A stretch of DNA of 64,000 nt, from the sequence record NZ_CP020429.2; one strand, written 5' to 3'. The DNA comes from a plasmid. Below are positions 9,004 to 18,917 of this stretch, piece after piece. Position 1 is the stretch's first letter; every line of letters begins with the position of its first letter. The translations under genes and the position numbers were made by a program. The notes under the pieces were generated by a model. That model ran no database searches, was not told the DNA's origin, and saw only the letters and a list, made by a program, of their open reading frames with translations.

Positions 9004-10947
9004 ATGAAGGAGAGGACTAACCATAATCTTAGTAAGACTCCTTATATTGACAAATACACAACAGACCTTACTGAGAAAATCAGACCCAAGCGTCAAGATT
9101 TTGTGGCTTGGGGTAGACAAGATGAAATCAGACAAGTCTTTATCTCACTGAATCGATTAGAAAAAAACTCTCCTGTACTAATTGGTGAAGCTGGTGTAGG
9201 TAAAACAGCTATTGTAGAAGGAATTTGTGCGGATATTCTTAACAATAAAGCCCACGTCCCAACACGTTTCCGAGGTAAGCAGGTTAAGCAACTAGAATTA
9301 TCTGCTATCCAAGGGAAAGAATTTGACCATACTGGTAAAGAGGTGAACATCATTGCTAAAATGGACGGGTTGATTAAAGAGTTTATGGCTCATAAAGATG
9401 AGTTTATCCTCTTTATTGATGAAGTGCATACCATTATGGGAACTGGGGTTGAGGGAAGTGCTCTTGACGTCGCTAATAGCTTGAAACCAGCCTTATCTCG
9501 TGGGGAAATCTATCTTATATCAGCTACCACAGCTGATGAGTTTATGATTATTGAACGAGATCCTGCAATGGAACGACGTCTACAACCAGTTTACGTTGAT
9601 GAACTGGACAAAGAGGCATCTATTTTGGTCTTAAAAAAACGTCGACCAAAGTACAAACGAGAACTTGACATTGAGATTCCTAATGATGTCATTAAGGCGG
9701 CAGTGGAATTATCTATTCGTTATATTACGGATAAAATGCTTCCAGATAAAGCTATTGATATTATTGATGAAGCTTCAGCGACTGCAAATATAGATGGAAA
9801 ATCAGAGATTACCTTAAGAGATATTGCGAATGTCATTCACCGTAAAAAAGGTATTCCAATGGAAAGTCTACTACGCACGTCTTCAACTCCAGTGGATTTT
9901 GCGGAAGGGATGCGTGCTGTTGTTAAGGGGCAAGATCATGTGATTCGAACCATAGCACGCCTTATGTATAAGGGAATCCAGGGAGGACAGAACAAGCGAA
10001 GACCTCTTGGAACTCTTCTTCTACTTGGAACAACTGGTACAGGTAAAACTGAATTGGCGAAACAAGCAGCCAAACAACTGTTTGGTAGTGAAGAAGCGAT
10101 GATTCGGCTGGATATGTCAGAATACATGACAGATAATGCCGTTGTTCGTCTTATAGGAAATGACGAACGAAAAGGTGACTTAACGGAAAAAATTAAGAAG
10201 AATCCCTACTCGTTAGTACTATTGGACGAGTTAGAAAAGGCTCATCCAGATGTCTGGGCTTTGTATTTGCAAATGCTTGATGATGGACATTTGACTGATG
10301 GACGTGGACGAAAAATCAATTTTAAGAATACGTTCATCATTGCAACATCAAACGTGGGTCATAAGCGAATCAAAGATAAATATATCACCTCTGGTCAAAC
10401 TTTTACAGAAATGAACAAGACTGACTATAAAGAGTTCATGAAGGACATGAGAGACGAGTTAATCAAGATCTTTAAACGTCCTGAATTTATCAACCGTTGG
10501 AAAATTGAAGTGACTAATATCTTGACGAAACAAACCATTGATAAGATTGTCTATTCAAAAATGGCAGTGCATGAGAGTAGTTGGTTTAAAGAGCATCATA
10601 TCCTTATTAATTATGAGGATGTTAAGGATGGTAACCAAACTATCGATGGCAAAAAATACTTTTATGAATATCTTAGTAGTGTCGGTGTTAGTCCAGAAGA
10701 TGGAGCAAGGCCTTTAGAGAGAACTATTGATGAAGTGTTAACTGATGAAATCTTTGAGCAATTGTATTTCCTTGGGCGAAAGCCACAAGATTACTTTATG
10801 GTTGATGTGTCTTTATCTGGACATGCACCAGGAACGTTTGCGTATGGGAACTCAGGTAGAAAGACCGTTCAAGATAGACGTCAGACACATATTAGTGTCA
10901 AACGGATACCTCCAGAGGAGTATGGTAACTATTTGCTTACTTCTTAA
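9004..10947 (+). CDS. ClpA/ClpB-family AAA+ ATPase with two nucleotide-binding domains and no N-domain
   Basis: First Walker A GEAGVGKTAIVEGI, second LLLGTTGTGKTELAKQ; Walker B-like ILFIDEVH and LVLLDELEKAH. Confidence 0.8.
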   Translation: MKERTNHNLSKTPYIDKYTTDLTEKIRPKRQDFVAWGRQDEIRQVFISLNRLEKNSPVLIGEAGVGKTAIVEGICADILNNKAHVPTRFRGKQVKQLELSAIQGKEFDHTGKEVNIIAKMDGLIKEFMAHKDEFILFIDEVHTIMGTGVEGSALDVANSLKPALSRGEIYLISATTADEFMIIERDPAMERRLQPVYVDELDKEASILVLKKRRPKYKRELDIEIPNDVIKAAVELSIRYITDKMLPDKAIDIIDEASATANIDGKSEITLRDIANVIHRKKGIPMESLLRTSSTPVDFAEGMRAVVKGQDHVIRTIARLMYKGIQGGQNKRRPLGTLLLLGTTGTGKTELAKQAAKQLFGSEEAMIRLDMSEYMTDNAVVRLIGNDERKGDLTEKIKKNPYSLVLLDELEKAHPDVWALYLQMLDDGHLTDGRGRKINFKNTFIIATSNVGHKRIKDKYITSGQTFTEMNKTDYKEFMKDMRDELIKIFKRPEFINRWKIEVTNILTKQTIDKIVYSKMAVHESSWFKEHHILINYEDVKDGNQTIDGKKYFYEYLSSVGVSPEDGARPLERTIDEVLTDEIFEQLYFLGRKPQDYFMVDVSLSGHAPGTFAYGNSGRKTVQDRRQTHISVKRIPPEEYGNYLLTS

Positions 10948-10952
10948 GGGGT

Positions 10953-10970
10953 GTCACTAGGTTGTGACTC
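10953..10970 (+). promoter_or_regulatory. conserved conjugation-module motif, copy 2 (TGTCACTAGGTTGTGACT)
   Basis: Palindrome GTCAC-N6-GTGAC, 50 nt upstream of the pilin-like gene start codon. Confidence 0.45.
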
Positions 10971-11020
10971 GTAGATGGACTATTGTAGACTACAGATATT
11001 AAAATTTTAAGGAGGCTGTT

Positions 11021-11368
11021 TTGAAAGAAAACACATTTTTGAACAACGTGAAGACAAAGGCATCAACACTAGGAATGACTGCTTTGTTGACGTTAAACTC
11101 TGTATCACTTGCTTTTGCGGAGCAAACTGGAGGAAAAGCTACTAACCCAGCTAATGAGGCTACTAATACGCTTAATGATGTTTCAGGTATGTTGCGACTT
11201 GTATTCCCAGGGATAGCAATAATATCTGGTTTACTTGCATGTATATTGATGATGATGGGTGACAAGAAACGAACGGAAGCCCTTGACCGACTCTTGTGGA
11301 TTGCGATCGCACTATGTGTTGGTTCGGCACTTGCTTCGGTTGTTGAATATCTTTGGCAACCCAAATAA
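11021..11368 (+). CDS. VirB2/TrbC-like T4SS pilin candidate
   Basis: TTG start after RBS AAGGAGG. Signal peptide ending AFAEQ, then two hydrophobic helices (GIAIISGLLACILMMM, LLWIAIALCVGSALASVV), 115 aa. Confidence 0.5.
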   Translation: MKENTFLNNVKTKASTLGMTALLTLNSVSLAFAEQTGGKATNPANEATNTLNDVSGMLRLVFPGIAIISGLLACILMMMGDKKRTEALDRLLWIAIALCVGSALASVVEYLWQPK

Positions 11369-11388
11369 GTAGTTAAGAGGTATACTTT

Positions 11389-12594
11389 ATGGAAAAAGAA
11401 TTACTTACCATAAAGGGGAATCGCAAGGTATTGTTTCCCGATGCCTTGTTTCTTTATATCGAGTGGAAAGGCAATGCAAATCCTAAAAAGGATGAAGAGT
11501 TAGCGGATATCATTGATGACTTAGATACTGAATATTTCCCTAGTAATAAAAAGGAAAGTATCGCTCAAAGTCTACCATTTCTAACTTTTAAACAAGCAGA
11601 ATTACTTTTTCGAGAAATCAAAAAGCGTTATTCTGAATTTACCTTAAAAGGAATTGCCCTTGCTAGTCAACCGATGGAACAAAATGGTCGTGTCACACGA
11701 CCAACAACGGGAGTCCCTAGTATTGAAGGACAACCTCAGATTACCCCTTTTGTTATTACGAAAGATTATAAGGAACTCGTTACCCCACTCATCGAAGAAG
11801 CACACCGTGATAAACGGTTTGAGAAAACAACATATGAAGGGATCTCCAACTTTTTCAGTGGTCCAATGGGGTTGCTTCCATGTTATGCTGAAAGTTTAGG
11901 CTTGTCTCTTGTTGATATGCCACCTTATCCAAAACCAGGAACGATTGAAGGAGAACTTCCAAATCGTCTTATGTCGAATAAGGATAAGTATAAACAGTCA
12001 GTTGCTGGAGCCAAGAAACGGAAGGAGAAAACAGGCAGAGTGTATGAAGATGAAGAAGTAGGACCACCAAGTAAGTTGCCATTGATTTTGGCTATTGTCT
12101 CTTGTACGTTGTCGGTGTTCTTATTGTTGATGCTAATGGTCTACAATAGCAATTTCACGCGCGTCAAGAAAGAACTTGTGGCCACAACAGATAAAGTTGA
12201 GCGTCTTATAATGATACAAGATCATGAACATGAGATTGATGTTATGGCTCGCTATTTCTTGTCATACTATTATTCAGGAGACAAGGATAAGCTTAAGGCT
12301 TACTTGGATAATAACGACGCTAAATTTACTAACCCAGAGGTAGCGACTGTTTCTAGCACAATGTTGGAGAAAGTTGAACTCGTTAAGAATGAGAAAGATA
12401 CCTATGAGGTTACATACGTTGTTGGTACAACGGATGAGGCTCAAAAAACGACAGTTCGTCGTGTTACTTTCAATGTTAAGAAAAAACCATCAGCTACTCA
12501 AGGTTGGGTAGTTACATCTGAACCGACAACAACAGCATTTGCAACGCCAACATCTCCTTCTACTGAAACTTCAGCTGAAAACAAGGAGGGATAA
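11389..12594 (+). CDS. conjugation protein with one TM and a possible VirB8-like C-terminal domain
   Basis: 401 aa; TM LPLILAIVSCTLSVFLLLMLMV; Thr/Pro-rich tail. Confidence 0.4.
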   Translation: MEKELLTIKGNRKVLFPDALFLYIEWKGNANPKKDEELADIIDDLDTEYFPSNKKESIAQSLPFLTFKQAELLFREIKKRYSEFTLKGIALASQPMEQNGRVTRPTTGVPSIEGQPQITPFVITKDYKELVTPLIEEAHRDKRFEKTTYEGISNFFSGPMGLLPCYAESLGLSLVDMPPYPKPGTIEGELPNRLMSNKDKYKQSVAGAKKRKEKTGRVYEDEEVGPPSKLPLILAIVSCTLSVFLLLMLMVYNSNFTRVKKELVATTDKVERLIMIQDHEHEIDVMARYFLSYYYSGDKDKLKAYLDNNDAKFTNPEVATVSSTMLEKVELVKNEKDTYEVTYVVGTTDEAQKTTVRRVTFNVKKKPSATQGWVVTSEPTTTAFATPTSPSTETSAENKEG

Positions 12595-12597
12595 CCT

Positions 12598-14841
12598 ATG
12601 GGTGCAGAAGCAACAATTGAGATTGAACAAGGGAAGGTCTGGCCATCCCTATCAGATATGATCTCTCAATCGAAAGATTGGCCTAATGAAGTTGGTCCTA
12701 AAGGTTGGGGAGGTGACAAGGATAAAGAGCTATTATTGGCATCCTTTTATGCACAGTGGGACCAATACCTCCACCCAACAACTGGGGTCTTTATAGCTTT
12801 TGGCTTTATTCCCGAGATGCTATCAAAAGGTATCTATAGTTTTAGTTATGCGATTGAGAAAGCATACCTCAACATGTTTAAGTTGTTCGGGATGTTTGAT
12901 TATATTAGTCAATCCGATAGCTTTGTTGGTCAAGTTTATAAGTGGCTTCAAATCGTTGGGATTTCTTTATTTGTTTTGGTAACGCTCATTCGTCTGATAA
13001 TGGCAATGGCAGGAGCACCTTTCAGGTACAGAGAATTCTTCAATCACATTATTTTGGTAACTTTTTCTGTAACTGCACTTCCGGTATTCGCTTCAAAATT
13101 TGGTAGTGCTATAGCGAAGGATACCGTAGGACTAGCCTATTATGACATAACTGGTAGTAGTCAGAGTGTTTCACTTTCTGTAACCCCATTTCGGGGTAAT
13201 ACGGTTGACCTCGAAATGCTGTATGCAATGGATTTTGATACAGATAAGTTAGGCTATAATGAAGATACTCATTTTATAGCGGGTGATAAAAACTGGAATA
13301 CCATTTCAGATGGTAATATTTGGTTCACCAATTTTACTGAAACCTATGGCCCAACCAATAAAGCCATGTTGCAGTATTATTCTGGACGTGAAGGACGAGT
13401 ATCGTCGCTACCTAAGATGTTAGGAATACGAGAAGACGGTTCGGTTGATTGGTGGCAACAGGTTAAAAATAGTGCTGCGATGTCTAACCCAGTAACAGCC
13501 CTTCTTCAAATCAGTAAATTGTTCTTTACTGGTTGGAAAGAGCAAAAAGACTTGAAGGAGGACCAGGCAAATTCACCTTATAATGGTTTCTCTGATGTAA
13601 TGAGATCCACGCTCAACACCATTCGTTATGCAGATGGTAAGATAGCTTATGCACGAGTCACTACGTCAAAATCAGGTTATTTCCTTGGCTTTGATAATAC
13701 AGCCTTTTTGCCGACTTACGCTCGCTATAAGGTTGACTGGATAGCACTGATAACCCAGCAAATTATTCTTTTGCTTCTTCTTGTCGGATTGCTAGTAACG
13801 ACGGTACGAGTAATTTTCAAAACGCTTATAACAGTGATTATTTCACCCCTCGTTTCTTACGCAGCAGTGGGAAATAGTATGAGAATCTTGGAAGTTTGGC
13901 AGGAAGTTATGACAGGAATTGCTGCCATCTGGTTCCAACTACTATTCGTTAAAGTAGCTCAATGGTTCTTAATTACTTATAGTGAAGTGAAACTCAATCT
14001 AGGTTCTGGAGCATCTGATGTTGCTAAGAAAACTCTAGGTGGAAGTTTCTATGATGGACTAGATCCATTCCAACATGCCATTGCGACGATTGCGGTTTAC
14101 CTTGGTGTTTATCTTGCGGTTTCTCAAGGTTCAAAAGTTTTGGAACGCTGGATAGGTATTGATACTAACCTTTCAAGTGGAACTAAGGCTGGAGTTGCTA
14201 CAATGGCTGTTGGTGCGATGGCTGCTAATAAAATGGGTGGCGGTGCTAGAAACTTCGCTGTTGGTAGGTATAATCCAACTACTGGCAGACGAAATCAAAG
14301 TGGGTTTAACCGTCTCAGAAATAGTGTTAGTAGTGGAACCAAAGTTGGTGTAAAGGGACTTAAGACTGCTGGAAGTACAGTAGGTTCGACTGCTAACAAT
14401 ATCAGACGAGGTGCCTTAACTGCTGCTGGTGCTACTGCTGGTACAGTCGCTGGTACTTGGAAAGCAATGGCTGATAGGAGAGCTCATGGTCTTAAGTATA
14501 GAGAGATTGTTGGTCAGTCAATGAGTGCTGCTGGACGTAATGTGTCTAAAGGAGTCAGAGAGACTGTTAAATCTGGTAAAGAAGTTGTTGGCAATGAATT
14601 CAGGAATGCTAGTCAAACAGTTAAGAGAGACTTCTCAAGTAGTTTCGGAGCAGGTTATACAAATACTAGAGATAATGTTAGAGACAAAATCTTAAATAGT
14701 ACTGGTGGAGCTGGAAGAATTACTCCAAAGGGTGATACTTCAAGCATTACTCCTCCGACTCAAAGCTTACCAAAGAAGAATAGGTTAGACAGCGACAGTC
14801 GATTCCAGAAATTTGATGCTGGAGAAGATGGAGAATTGTGA
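12598..14841 (+). CDS. VirB6/TrbL-like polytopic membrane protein
   Basis: 747 aa, multiple TM helices in the N-terminal 500 aa, then a G/T/A/S-rich low-complexity tail typical of TrbL/VirB6. Confidence 0.6.
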   Translation: MGAEATIEIEQGKVWPSLSDMISQSKDWPNEVGPKGWGGDKDKELLLASFYAQWDQYLHPTTGVFIAFGFIPEMLSKGIYSFSYAIEKAYLNMFKLFGMFDYISQSDSFVGQVYKWLQIVGISLFVLVTLIRLIMAMAGAPFRYREFFNHIILVTFSVTALPVFASKFGSAIAKDTVGLAYYDITGSSQSVSLSVTPFRGNTVDLEMLYAMDFDTDKLGYNEDTHFIAGDKNWNTISDGNIWFTNFTETYGPTNKAMLQYYSGREGRVSSLPKMLGIREDGSVDWWQQVKNSAAMSNPVTALLQISKLFFTGWKEQKDLKEDQANSPYNGFSDVMRSTLNTIRYADGKIAYARVTTSKSGYFLGFDNTAFLPTYARYKVDWIALITQQIILLLLLVGLLVTTVRVIFKTLITVIISPLVSYAAVGNSMRILEVWQEVMTGIAAIWFQLLFVKVAQWFLITYSEVKLNLGSGASDVAKKTLGGSFYDGLDPFQHAIATIAVYLGVYLAVSQGSKVLERWIGIDTNLSSGTKAGVATMAVGAMAANKMGGGARNFAVGRYNPTTGRRNQSGFNRLRNSVSSGTKVGVKGLKTAGSTVGSTANNIRRGALTAAGATAGTVAGTWKAMADRRAHGLKYREIVGQSMSAAGRNVSKGVRETVKSGKEVVGNEFRNASQTVKRDFSSSFGAGYTNTRDNVRDKILNSTGGAGRITPKGDTSSITPPTQSLPKKNRLDSDSRFQKFDAGEDGEL

Positions 14842-14867
14842 TAACTAGTTTACAAAAAAAGCAAATC

Positions 14868-14897
14868 GAACTGTGTACTGACCCCAAAAGTTAGATA
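14868..14897 (+). repeat. partial copy of the insertion-sequence-end-like hairpin element (left arm only)
   Basis: GAACTGTGTACTGACCCCAAAAGTTAGAT resembles GAACTGCACCCCAAAAGTTAGAC of the copy at 17211. Confidence 0.5.
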
Positions 14898-15169
14898 ATT
14901 TATTTAAGCAAAGGATTTAGTTCTGCATTGCATAGGGCTAAGTCCTTTTCTACCATTTGTCAAGTATATCAAGGTATTCTAGTTTTACCTTGGAAAAATC
15001 TCTAAAGAAAACTCTGTTACCAACCCTTGGATAATTATCGTTTTTCTTCTTGCTCTTTTTCTTCCTCCAATCGGAGTTCTTTCAACTTTTTTAGAATAGC
15101 CTTCTTAGCTTTCATGTACTCCTTTTCTGATTAAGATCGCTTAAAGCTTTCCAAAGATAATCTATTTGC

Positions 15170-15250
15170 ACTTTATCTTCATAAGTCAATTTCATAATAA
15201 AAACACCCCCAAAATTAGATTTTTTCTGTCTAATTTGGAGGTGTCGTTCA
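15170..15250 (-). repeat. insertion-sequence-left-end-like hairpin element, copy 1
   Basis: Reverse complement reads TGAACGACACCTCCAAATTAGACAGAAAAAATCTAATTTTGGGGGTGTTTTTATTATGAAATTGACTTATGAAGATAAAGT; about 90 percent identical to copy 2. Confidence 0.75.
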
Positions 15251-15433
15251 AAAAAAAGTTTTTAGAGTGTTTTTTGTTTAAGTGGAAAAAATACTTTTCC
15301 GATCATATGTTATTTTGAGGTTGAGTTTTAGGTATTAGAGTTATATATTCTGATGATTTTCCTGATGAAGTAAATGGAGTAGAGAGTGGTTTGTGAATAA
15401 TTCGGAGGCTTTCAAAATTCTTTCGATATTTCA

Positions 15434-16051
15434 CTAAAAATTTTGAAATACCACGATTATAGCTGATAGTATCATAGCTACACCACCGATATATGCAATC
15501 CATTTTTCAGAATGTTTTCCAAGTGCACTTCCAATATTCGATGCAAAATAACTATATAAATAATCGTTGATTAAACCAACAAATAGATATGTCAAACCTA
15601 ATATTGTAGTTTGTAATAAAAATGGAGAGTTGTGGTTAATGAATTGAGGTAAAAATGAAGCAAAGAAAATAATGTTTTTAGGATTTAAAAATATCAGTAA
15701 AAATGCATTTTTAAAGACTTCTCCCTTTTCAGGAGGTGTCATTTTCTCAGTTTTATCTTTTACCTTATTAGCACCAAGAAGACTTTTGATTCCTAAATAG
15801 ATAAGATAAGCGATTCCAAGTAAACGTAAGATTGCGTACAAGGTTTCCGAAGCTTTAAGTATAGCTCCAATCCCAATAAAGGAAAGGATTAGACAAACAA
15901 GTCCTCCCCAGAAACTTCCCCAAACTATTTCATAGGCTGTTTTTTTTCCATGAGTCATACTAGTTGTTATAAGATAAGTTACTGTTGGTCCAGGAGGGGA
16001 AATAAGTAGAATGCAAGCGATGGTGTATGATATCCATGTAGATAATGACAT
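15434..16051 (-). CDS. LysE/RhtB-family amino-acid exporter
   Basis: 205 aa, 6 TM, typical LysE-family size and hydropathy. Confidence 0.75.
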   Translation of the reverse strand: MSLSTWISYTIACILLISPPGPTVTYLITTSMTHGKKTAYEIVWGSFWGGLVCLILSFIGIGAILKASETLYAILRLLGIAYLIYLGIKSLLGANKVKDKTEKMTPPEKGEVFKNAFLLIFLNPKNIIFFASFLPQFINHNSPFLLQTTILGLTYLFVGLINDYLYSYFASNIGSALGKHSEKWIAYIGGVAMILSAIIVVFQNF

Positions 16052-16052
16052 A

Positions 16053-17048
16053 TTATTTTTCCTTTACAACTCTATATTTTATATCATCCTCATTTAAGTT
16101 TAGCAATGGGACTGGAAGCTTGGTATGTACAAACTGACTAGGGGTTAATGCTGGCGTCATATTAGATAAAAAACTTAAGAGGTTATTTTTGCTATTAGAT
16201 GCGTAGACTGTATAAAAATTTCCAGAATTCCAATTTATGACAGCATATTTAAAAAAGTTAGCCAAAATGTTTTTAAATGTATCTATTGTTACAAGACAGT
16301 TATTCATATCTGTTAACACATTCTCTTTTTTCAGTCGAATGGCTTTTTGTGAGAAAAATCTATTCTTAAAAAGAGAGTCTTTAATATGTTCTCTTTTTAG
16401 AAATTCAGTAATATCTTTATTGGAAAATTTCTCAATAAAACCAATTATACCATCATTTTTAAGTTTTTCTTTTGTAAATTTTATTTGTTTAGCTCTATCT
16501 GGACTGTACATCTGAAATGTCGTATCTTCTATTATGACATCAAAACCATTGAAATTAGGAAATAATTCTCTGATATTTGAGTTGTTTATTTTATTGTAAG
16601 GAGATAAGATAAATTTGGAATGTAGTGGTTTACCATATCTAAAAAAATTATCCTGATTAGCTTTTGTTGGACTACAAGATAAAGTTTTTATCTTTCCATT
16701 ACTTAAATTTCCAATTGTTCTAGCCATTGTTCCCTCAGCAGCTCCAAGAACATACAAATATTGCGTCCCCTCTCTTTTTTCTAAGTAATCTTTTAATGCC
16801 GAGCCAACGCGACATTCTTCCTCTAATATAAAGGGGATACTTGAGTAGAAATGTTTGTCAAATTGTCCTTGTAATTTTCTATGATTTAAATAAAAGAATA
16901 ACATTTTTTCGTCATTTTTAAATAAGTTTATATCACCTAGATAAGTATTGTCTGGTTTTCCCAATTCGCCTAACGCAGTCTTTTCAAAAAAATCTGCAAG
17001 TGCCCCTATTCTAGGGGTGTTGGTAATATTATCTTCAATATCTTTCAT
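16053..17048 (-). CDS. SAM-dependent methyltransferase-like protein
   Basis: Motif I-like LYVLGAAEGTMARTIG and post-I FDVIIEDTT; RBS GGGAGAAAATTT before ATG at 17048; coupled to the LysE gene. Confidence 0.55.
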   Translation of the reverse strand: MKDIEDNITNTPRIGALADFFEKTALGELGKPDNTYLGDINLFKNDEKMLFFYLNHRKLQGQFDKHFYSSIPFILEEECRVGSALKDYLEKREGTQYLYVLGAAEGTMARTIGNLSNGKIKTLSCSPTKANQDNFFRYGKPLHSKFILSPYNKINNSNIRELFPNFNGFDVIIEDTTFQMYSPDRAKQIKFTKEKLKNDGIIGFIEKFSNKDITEFLKREHIKDSLFKNRFFSQKAIRLKKENVLTDMNNCLVTIDTFKNILANFFKYAVINWNSGNFYTVYASNSKNNLLSFLSNMTPALTPSQFVHTKLPVPLLNLNEDDIKYRVVKEK

Positions 17049-17210
17049 AAATTTTCTCCCATATGTTATAATTATACACAAAAAATAGTGAAGTACAATC
17101 AAAAAGATGAAATTTTTAGAAGGTTACAAAATCTACATAGAATTTGAAAAAATTGATCGTAAAATGCGTAATAATCCTCTTAATATTAAATAAACGAGCT
17201 TCGGTAGAAA

Positions 17211-17292
17211 TGAACTGCACCCCAAAAGTTAGACAGAAAAAATCTAACTTTTGGAGTGTTTTTATTATGAAATTAACTTATGAAGATAAAGT
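17211..17292 (+). repeat. insertion-sequence-left-end-like hairpin element, copy 2
   Basis: TGAACTGCACCCCAAAAGTTAGACAGAAAAAATCTAACTTTTGGAGTGTTTTTATTATGAAATTAACTTATGAAGATAAAGT. A perfect 12-bp stem holds GGAG 10 nt before an ATG that opens MKLTYEDKV. Confidence 0.75.
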
Positions 17293-17414
17293 TGGGATTA
17301 CTTTGGCATGTTTAAATAACAAAAAATTGGTAAAAATGATCGTAGGGAAGAACTGTTATTTTATCCAAATATCCACAATATTATTGGATTTTGAGAGAAT
17401 TAAGTGTGAATATA

Positions 17415-17448
17415 AAAAAGACAAATATCAAAAACGATGTTTGTCTTC
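17415..17448 (-). terminator. minus-strand intrinsic terminator (repeated hairpin family)
   Basis: Reverse complement GAAGACAAACATCGTTTTTGATATTTGTCTTTTTTAT; similar to the hairpin at 25243-25277. Confidence 0.5.
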
Positions 17449-17833
17449 ATTCTGAAATAATGACAGAGTCATTATTATTGTGGTCTTGCAGACAGCTAGG
17501 ATTGCATCCTCTTTTTCCAAAAATATTTGGAAAAATTCACCTCTCTCTAGGCAAAACGTAAGTTATTTTTCTAAATCAAAAAAGAAACACAAAAAGAAAT
17601 TGAGAGAATCTTGCCTTTATATCTATTTTTAAGTTATTGTGATGATTAGCTTAACGAGGATATACAACGACTTTAATTTTTGACAAAGATTTGTACACAT
17701 TTTTATCTATTTCTACATAAGAATCATGAAAGTTAAAATTGTTTTCATTTCAAAATTGAAATAGTGAATACTGGGTGGTATACTATTACAAATAATAAAA
17801 ATTATAATAGTTTCAAGTAATAGGGAGCTAGCG

Positions 17834-18757
17834 ATGTTTGAACAATACTTCGGTCATCGGTTAAGAGAGTTGAGATTAGCACAAGGACTAACTAAAGAAA
17901 AATTTTGTGAAGGGGATGAGGTTTTATCAATACGGCAATTGACACGTATAGAAACAGGGAAGTCTCAACCTAAATTAGAGACCTTAGAGCACTTGGCAAG
18001 ACGTCTGAATATATCTTTATCGGAATTGCTTGGAGAGAGAGCTGTAGGCTCAAAGCTGCCGTTAGAATACCTCAATCTCAAATATCAATTGATGCATGCG
18101 ACTAGTCTAGATAAGCCAAATAATCTAATGAAACTAGACGAAAAGCTGGGTAAAATTATTGATAGCTATTATGATGATTTGCCAGCTGATGAACAGAGGG
18201 TTGTTGATATCTTACAGTCAAAACTTTACTCTTATACTTCAAAGACACATCAAAAATTTGGCATGAGCATATTGGAGAAGAGTTTACCATCATTATGTGA
18301 GAAAAGGGTATACACTATCAATGATCTACTACTTATAGAACTATATCAAATCTCGTTAGGAGATGGTGATAGTATGAGGTCAGATGGGTTTAGTGAAGGG
18401 ACTTTTTATACTATTTGTAGAAATCTAATAAATAGTTATGATAATATTCCCACGGAGTATCTATTTTTACTTAGGGATGCCTTATTAATGGTTCCAATAG
18501 TTGAATATGAACGAAAAAAGTTTCATTTATCGGAGATAGCATTCAATCAACTGCATCACATTATGGAGGAAACTCAAGATTATCAGAAAAAACCAATATT
18601 GAGAATGCTAGAGGGACAGTATCTATATGTTGTAAAGAATGATATTTTTGAGGCTAAAAAGGCCTATCAAGAAGGGATAATCTTGGCTAGATTGTTAGGA
18701 GATACCTCTTTAGCTGACATTATATCAGAGAAAATGAGAGATGCTATGAAAGAATAG
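17834..18757 (+). CDS. rgg: Rgg/GadR/MutR-family transcriptional regulator
   Basis: N-terminal XRE HTH (LRLAQGLTKEKFCEGDEVLSIRQLTRIETGKSQP) plus a ~240-aa helical C-terminal domain, 307 aa. Confidence 0.85.
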   Translation: MFEQYFGHRLRELRLAQGLTKEKFCEGDEVLSIRQLTRIETGKSQPKLETLEHLARRLNISLSELLGERAVGSKLPLEYLNLKYQLMHATSLDKPNNLMKLDEKLGKIIDSYYDDLPADEQRVVDILQSKLYSYTSKTHQKFGMSILEKSLPSLCEKRVYTINDLLLIELYQISLGDGDSMRSDGFSEGTFYTICRNLINSYDNIPTEYLFLLRDALLMVPIVEYERKKFHLSEIAFNQLHHIMEETQDYQKKPILRMLEGQYLYVVKNDIFEAKKAYQEGIILARLLGDTSLADIISEKMRDAMKE

Positions 18758-18917
18758 AGCAGGACATACGTGTCCTGTTCTTTTTTTCTAATATGCAGTA
18801 TATTATATTCATAAAGCGAATTGAAGAATAGAAATTTGAGTGCATTATTTTCTTTGGGGATTTTAGGAATTTACACTTGTCATAAAATTTATTTAAAATA
18901 CACAAAGGAGATTTATT

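Noticed and set aside
10999-11364. 121-aa minus-strand ORF
   Set aside because: It is fully antisense to the better-supported pilin-like gene, which has an RBS, a signal peptide and two TM helices.
15035-15195. Two overlapping tiny minus-strand ORFs (MKLTYEDKVQIDYLWKALSDLNQKRST and MKAKKAILKKLKELRLEEEKEQEEKR)
   Set aside because: The first is the truncated orfA-like start carried by the hairpin repeat. The second lacks an SD. They are treated as part of the repeat remnant, not as genes.
17144-17455. 103-aa plus-strand ORF from TTG at 17144
   Set aside because: It reads through the insertion-sequence-end-like hairpin repeat (copy 2) and its terminator. It is chimeric repeat-encoded sequence, not a plausible gene.
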